Below, piece after piece: positions 45,629-49,380 of a DNA stretch of 49,380 bases. The stretch's first letter is position 1, and each line of letters begins with the position of its first letter. The DNA is taken from the NCBI GenBank assembly GCA_025934335.1, contig JAICYG010000001.1, forward strand, positions 1 to 49,380. Reading direction: 5' to 3'. The notes under the pieces are model-generated. The model did not search any database. It saw only the letters and a program-made list of their open reading frames with translations, and was not told where the DNA came from. The stretch is from Thermoleophilia bacterium. GTDB taxonomy: Bacteria; Actinomycetota; Thermoleophilia; Gaiellales; Gaiellaceae. The position numbers and the translations under genes are program-made.

Positions 45629-47338
45629 TCATCCTTCCGCCCGGTCGACGAGGAGGACGTTGAACGGCGCCGCGCCGCGCGGCGCGACGTTGAACGAGAG
45701 CCCCCAGTGGCCGACCATGACGAGCGCCGGCGCCTCGTGCGCGTACAGGCCGGGGTCGGTCTCGGTGAGCCGGTACGCCTGGTTCCCCATCTCCATGTCG
45801 AGCATCTCGAACGTGACGACGACCTCGGCGCCGGTGACCGGCTTGCCGCCGCGCGTGATCTTCACCGCGAACGAGTTCGGCACGGCCGCCCTGTTCGGGC
45901 TGACCCCGAAGTCGAAGGTATAGCCGCCCCGCTTGACGATCTGCGAGACCGGCCCGGGCCCGACGTGCGCCGCGGCGCCGCCGACCGAGGCGAGCGCCTT
46001 CGAGGGCGGCGCGAGCGACGAGAGCACGGCGGCGGCGAAGACGGCGGCCGTCACGAGCAGCGTCTCGCCGGCGACGAGCCGTCGCAGGAGGCGCGCGGCG
46101 CCCATGCCGACCTCGGGGCGCCCGAGGCGCGGCTTCGTCCGCAGGAGGTTCCCGGACGCGAGCAGCGCGGCGGCGAGGAGCAGTCCGATCTTCACGAGCA
46201 GCGCCTGGCCGTATGACGTCTGCCACAACGACGCGAGCGTCGGGATGTGCAGCAGCGATGCACCGATGCCCGACCCGATCAGCAGCAGCACCGACCCGAG
46301 CGCCGTGTTCGAGAACCGCGGCACCGCGACGACGAGGCCGGCGACGCGCGAGGCCGCGGGCAGGCTGCGCCAGAGGACGAGCAGGCCCATCAGGCCGCCC
46401 ACCCAGAGCGAGCCGGCGACGAGGTGCGCCCAGTCGAGGAGCAGCGACAGGCCGCGGGGGGAGGTCTGCGCAGCGTGTCCCGAGAGCCCGGGGACGAGCA
46501 GGGTCGCCCCCGCGGCAGCGATCGCACCGACCGCGGCGAGCAGCTCGGCGACCGAGCGCCTGTCTCGCTCCGGCCGGTCGACGCGGATCGCGATGCCCGC
46601 CGCGACGACGAAGAGGGCGAAGCAGAGCCACAGGTCGAGGAACCCGCGCCCGAACGCCGAGGCGCGGATCAGCGGGACGAGGGCACCCCACGAGAAGAAG
46701 GAGCGCAGTGCGAACTCGGCCGTCGCGAGCAGCGTGTAGATGGGGATCGCGATGAGGCCGATCCCGGAAACGACCGCGAACGCGATCGAGACCGCGCGCA
46801 GCCGGGTGCCGGGCACGCGACGCACGACGGGTCGCGCGACCGCGAGCCTGAGCGCCGCGAGCCCGATCGCCGCCATCACCGACAGGAAGACGACCCAGCG
46901 CGCGATCAGCAGCTTCGGCGTCGCCGCCGTCTCCGAAATCGAGGGAATGACGAACTGCGGCGCCGGGCCGGGGTTCGGGCCGACGGCGAACGTGAACGCG
47001 CCGCGCACCGGATGGCCGTCGACGGAGATGACGCGCCAGTAGACGAGGTACCAGCCCTGCTGCAGCCGCTCGAGCGGCACGAGCAGCGTGTCGGGGTCCG
47101 TGGGCGAGCGCCGCGGCGCGCCCGCCGTCACGCGGTGGGCAGCGGCGTCCGTGACGGAGACGATCGCGAAGCGCGGCTCGACCGCCTCGCTGTAGGTCAG
47201 CGCGACGTGCTTCGGCGGCGTGTTCACGGTGCCGCTCGCCTGCGGGGTCGTCCGCAGGAGCGCCGCGTGCGCGAACGCCGCGGCGGGGAGCGCCAGCGCA
47301 CCCGCGACGACGACCGCCGGGACGAACGCGCGCCTCAC
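45629..47338 (-). CDS. CopC-CopD fusion copper transport/resistance protein with a C-terminal YtkA/FixH-like domain (YcnJ-like)
   Basis: Signal peptide, then HAALLRTTPQ...WRVISVDGHPVRGAFTF (CopC). This is followed by about 8 TM (CopD), then a soluble beta domain with a Met-rich FEMLDMEMG. Confidence 0.8.
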   Translation of the reverse strand: MRRAFVPAVVVAGALALPAAAFAHAALLRTTPQASGTVNTPPKHVALTYSEAVEPRFAIVSVTDAAAHRVTAGAPRRSPTDPDTLLVPLERLQQGWYLVYWRVISVDGHPVRGAFTFAVGPNPGPAPQFVIPSISETAATPKLLIARWVVFLSVMAAIGLAALRLAVARPVVRRVPGTRLRAVSIAFAVVSGIGLIAIPIYTLLATAEFALRSFFSWGALVPLIRASAFGRGFLDLWLCFALFVVAAGIAIRVDRPERDRRSVAELLAAVGAIAAAGATLLVPGLSGHAAQTSPRGLSLLLDWAHLVAGSLWVGGLMGLLVLWRSLPAASRVAGLVVAVPRFSNTALGSVLLLIGSGIGASLLHIPTLASLWQTSYGQALLVKIGLLLAAALLASGNLLRTKPRLGRPEVGMGAARLLRRLVAGETLLVTAAVFAAAVLSSLAPPSKALASVGGAAAHVGPGPVSQIVKRGGYTFDFGVSPNRAAVPNSFAVKITRGGKPVTGAEVVVTFEMLDMEMGNQAYRLTETDPGLYAHEAPALVMVGHWGLSFNVAPRGAAPFNVLLVDRAEG

Positions 47339-47931
47339 GCGAGCGCGCGCCTCCCGCCGCCCGAGAGGAGCGCCACGCCGCCGAGCACGATCCCGATCGC
47401 ACCGAGGACGAGCGCCACGATCGTGAGCGTCGAGCTCGAGCCGCCGCCGAACGACGACTTCGCCTCGATCGTCGGCGACGGCGTGTCGGACGACTCGGGG
47501 CCGCTCCAGTCGACGACGGAGCCGTCGGAGTACGTCTGGCGCACGCCGAACGTGTACGTCTTCGCGTCGGCGGCGCGGCCGAGGAACGAGAACGCGGCGT
47601 CCTCACCCGTCGGCACCTTGCCCCCCGTCCAGACGACCTTCGTGATCACGGCGTCCTCGCCCGACCCCGTCTGGTGCACGGTGCGCTTCCAGCCGGGCGC
47701 CGGCACGAACGAGTCGATGCTGAACCCCTCGGGCGGCGTCAGCTCGATCTGCGTCGTCTCGAGCCCCTCCTTCTCGGTGGGAACGGCGAGCGTGTACACC
47801 TGGCTCTCGCCCTTCAGCACGAGCGGCGGGCTGACGTGGGCGTGGGCGGACGCGGCCGCCGGCACGACGAGCGCGGCGGCGGCGACGGCGAGGGCGAGGA
47901 ACGTCTTCACGATGCGTTTCTCCTTGGTCAT
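47335..47931 (-). CDS. ycnI: YcnI-family (DUF1775) copper-binding protein
   Basis: Signal peptide ending ASA, followed by HAHVSP. Ig-like body, a Ser/Gly linker and a C-terminal TM. 4-nt overlaps with the genes on both sides. Confidence 0.75.
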   Translation of the reverse strand: MTKEKRIVKTFLALAVAAAALVVPAAASAHAHVSPPLVLKGESQVYTLAVPTEKEGLETTQIELTPPEGFSIDSFVPAPGWKRTVHQTGSGEDAVITKVVWTGGKVPTGEDAAFSFLGRAADAKTYTFGVRQTYSDGSVVDWSGPESSDTPSPTIEAKSSFGGGSSSTLTIVALVLGAIGIVLGGVALLSGGGRRALA

Positions 47932-48770
47932 GGCTTGACGGTGAGGGTGAACGGCGCGGTCAGGACGTGGCCGTTGACGCGGCACTGCAGGAAGAGGCGC
48001 CAGCGGCCGGCGGCGGGGACGAGCACGCCGACGCTGAGCTTCCCGGGCGTCGAGGAGCTGCCGGTGACCTTCGCGGCGCCGAGGACGCTGGTGCAGCCGG
48101 CTGCCCCTCGCGCGCACACGTGCGTGTGGAAGTAGTCGAGCGAGCCCGAGCGGAAGAAGATCGCGTGCGCAAGCGCCCCGTACCACGGCGTGAAGCGCGC
48201 CGGCTTCCCGGACGGATCGGTGACGGTGATCGTCAGGAAGTTGGCCTGGATCGCGTGGAGTGTCGGCCGGCCGTGGAGGGTGACGCGGTACCCGTCGACG
48301 GTCACCGTCGAGCGGTAGGCCGGCAGCGGCTGCGGCGCGTACGCCCCTTTCACGCGCAGCGAGCCGAACAGCTGGAAGTTTCGCTGCTGTCCGGTGCTCG
48401 GGTACGCGTCCACGACGACCCGGTACGGCCCCGGCTCCGGGAACGTGATCGACTCCGCAATCGTGCCGTCGGCCGCGATCGGCGGGTGCCGGTGGATGAT
48501 CGTGTCGAGGTCGCGCCGGACGATGATCAGGTGGACGCCCGTGTGCGGGCCCGGCCCGTGCCGGTACGAGGTCAGCGGCTTGCCGTCCGGCAGGCGGATC
48601 TGGAACGAGACCCGCACCGGCTTTCCCGCTGCGACCGGCTGCCCGGGCGTGAACTCGGCGAGGCCGTAGGTGCGCGCCGCCTGGATCGTCGGGAACCCCG
48701 AGTTCGACGAGCCGCCGCAGCCGGCAACGACGACGGCGCACGCGAGCCCGAGTAGGGCGAGGCGCTTCAT
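47928..48770 (-). CDS. lipoprotein of unknown function with His/Cys-rich motifs (putative metal-binding)
   Basis: Lipobox LACAVVVAGCGG. Motifs PHTGVHLIIV, IIHRHPP and YFHTHVCARG. Translationally coupled between ycnI and the upstream gene. Confidence 0.6.
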   Translation of the reverse strand: MKRLALLGLACAVVVAGCGGSSNSGFPTIQAARTYGLAEFTPGQPVAAGKPVRVSFQIRLPDGKPLTSYRHGPGPHTGVHLIIVRRDLDTIIHRHPPIAADGTIAESITFPEPGPYRVVVDAYPSTGQQRNFQLFGSLRVKGAYAPQPLPAYRSTVTVDGYRVTLHGRPTLHAIQANFLTITVTDPSGKPARFTPWYGALAHAIFFRSGSLDYFHTHVCARGAAGCTSVLGAAKVTGSSSTPGKLSVGVLVPAAGRWRLFLQCRVNGHVLTAPFTLTVKP

Positions 48771-49258
48771 TGCAGTCCTTTCGGAAAGAGGTACGAAGGG
48801 TGCGGTGCGACGTAGCCGCCGACCTCGACGACGATCTGACGGTGTTTCGTGAGGAGCACCCTTCCTGGATCGCCGCGGAACCGACGCCCGTCGACGAAGA
48901 CGAGCACGCGGCCGCGGAACGACAGGAGGCGCATCCGCCCGAGGCGACGCCCCCAGACTGCGAACAGGTCGCGCAGGCGGTGCGGGCGCGTCGCGTCGAC
49001 GTGGACGACGCCCGTCGGGGCCGACGTGTGGAGCGGGTAGCGACAGCCGGTTCGAGCGACGCCGATGCCTTTCGGGACGATCACGACGCGCCGGTTCGCG
49101 AACAGCTCGACGTGGACCGCGAACTCGCGGCCGCGCCGCCCGCAGCGGAGCGGGCCGATCGGCGCTCCCGAAGCCGCGCGCGCGTTCAGGGCGCTCGGCT
49201 GGTAGCGCGGGCCGACGCCGATCGGCCACGGATACACCGGCGGCGGCACGTCGATCAT
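48767..49258 (-). CDS. hypothetical protein (163 aa)
   Basis: ATG 49258 forms an ATGA overlap with an upstream partial ORF. Its 3' end overlaps the lipoprotein start by 4 nt. No motif recognised. Confidence 0.45.
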   Translation of the reverse strand: MIDVPPPVYPWPIGVGPRYQPSALNARAASGAPIGPLRCGRRGREFAVHVELFANRRVVIVPKGIGVARTGCRYPLHTSAPTGVVHVDATRPHRLRDLFAVWGRRLGRMRLLSFRGRVLVFVDGRRFRGDPGRVLLTKHRQIVVEVGGYVAPHPSYLFPKGLQ

Positions 49259-49380
49259 GCGCGCCTCGCGGTCGTCAGCAGCCCGGTCGCCGCCGCGGCG
49301 ACACCCGTCGTGAACGCGAGCGCGCACACGAGCCGGGCGACCGAGGGCGGGAACGACGAGATGACGACGGCGTGCCGGAA
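49255..49380 (-). CDS. C-terminal fragment of a membrane protein (continues beyond the window)
   Basis: The frame is open to the window edge: FRHAVVISSFPPSVARLVCALAFTTGVAAAATGLLTTARRA-stop, a hydrophobic TM-like tail. ATGA coupling to the next gene. Confidence 0.35.
   Translation of the reverse strand, partial: FRHAVVISSFPPSVARLVCALAFTTGVAAAATGLLTTARRA

Noticed and set aside
45531-47938. 691-aa (-) and 563-aa (+) ORFs across the copCD/ycnI region
   Set aside because: Arg-rich shadow frames. The accepted frames show signal peptides, CopC, CopD TM segments and the YcnI HAHVSP motif.

Overview
This is a 49.4-kb, very high-G+C, densely coding chromosomal segment. GTG/TTG starts and 4-nt stop/start overlaps are common, which suggests an actinobacterial-type (Thermoleophilia/Rubrobacteria-like) organism; that is inference only. 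I saw no rRNA, tRNA, CRISPR array, IS element, integrase or phage genes. All family calls come from motifs read off the supplied translations. No BLAST or HMM search was possible, and start codons were chosen by hand.

Layout:
(1) 1-6.8 kb: a JAMM peptidase fragment, a large LAL/LuxR regulator, three small proteins, an MMPL transporter and a small secreted cupredoxin.
(2) 6.9-12.3 kb: a five-gene translationally coupled operon that looks like a non-phosphorylative sugar oxidation route (FAD-linked oxidase, IlvD/Edd dehydratase, SDR, Zn glucose-dehydrogenase-like MDR, MBL hydrolase).
(3) 12.4-27.4 kb: a sugar neighbourhood with two Gfo/Idh/MocA enzymes, D-lyxose isomerase, GlcG, a CUT2-type ABC importer, a non-canonical xylose-isomerase-like gene, xylB, an SDR and a proline iminopeptidase. 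It is interrupted by a 1330-aa three-module fusion protein (RnfD/NqrB-like membrane domain + FG-GAP/ASPIC + degenerate PAP2/vanadium-haloperoxidase-like domain).
(4) about 27.4-44.4 kb: a block with visibly different codon usage. It carries a long minus-strand operon plus a divergent SIS-ROK pair. The operon encodes a PhoX-like secreted protein, an ATPase-less Opp/Dpp-type importer, an LmbE/PIG-L deacetylase, a TIM-barrel isomerase/lyase, a Gfo/Idh/MocA dehydrogenase, a membrane His-box di-iron enzyme with its own Rieske ferredoxin and FAD reductase, a PHP phosphoesterase, and FrlD-like and IolC-like kinases. I cannot match this combination to any characterised pathway, so it is my main candidate for an undescribed catabolic system.
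(5) 44.4-49.4 kb: a stand-alone cNMP-binding protein and a tightly coupled YcnI/CopC-CopD copper operon with uncharacterised partners.

Many long Arg/Ala/Pro-rich ORFs in the six-frame track are shadow ORFs and were rejected.
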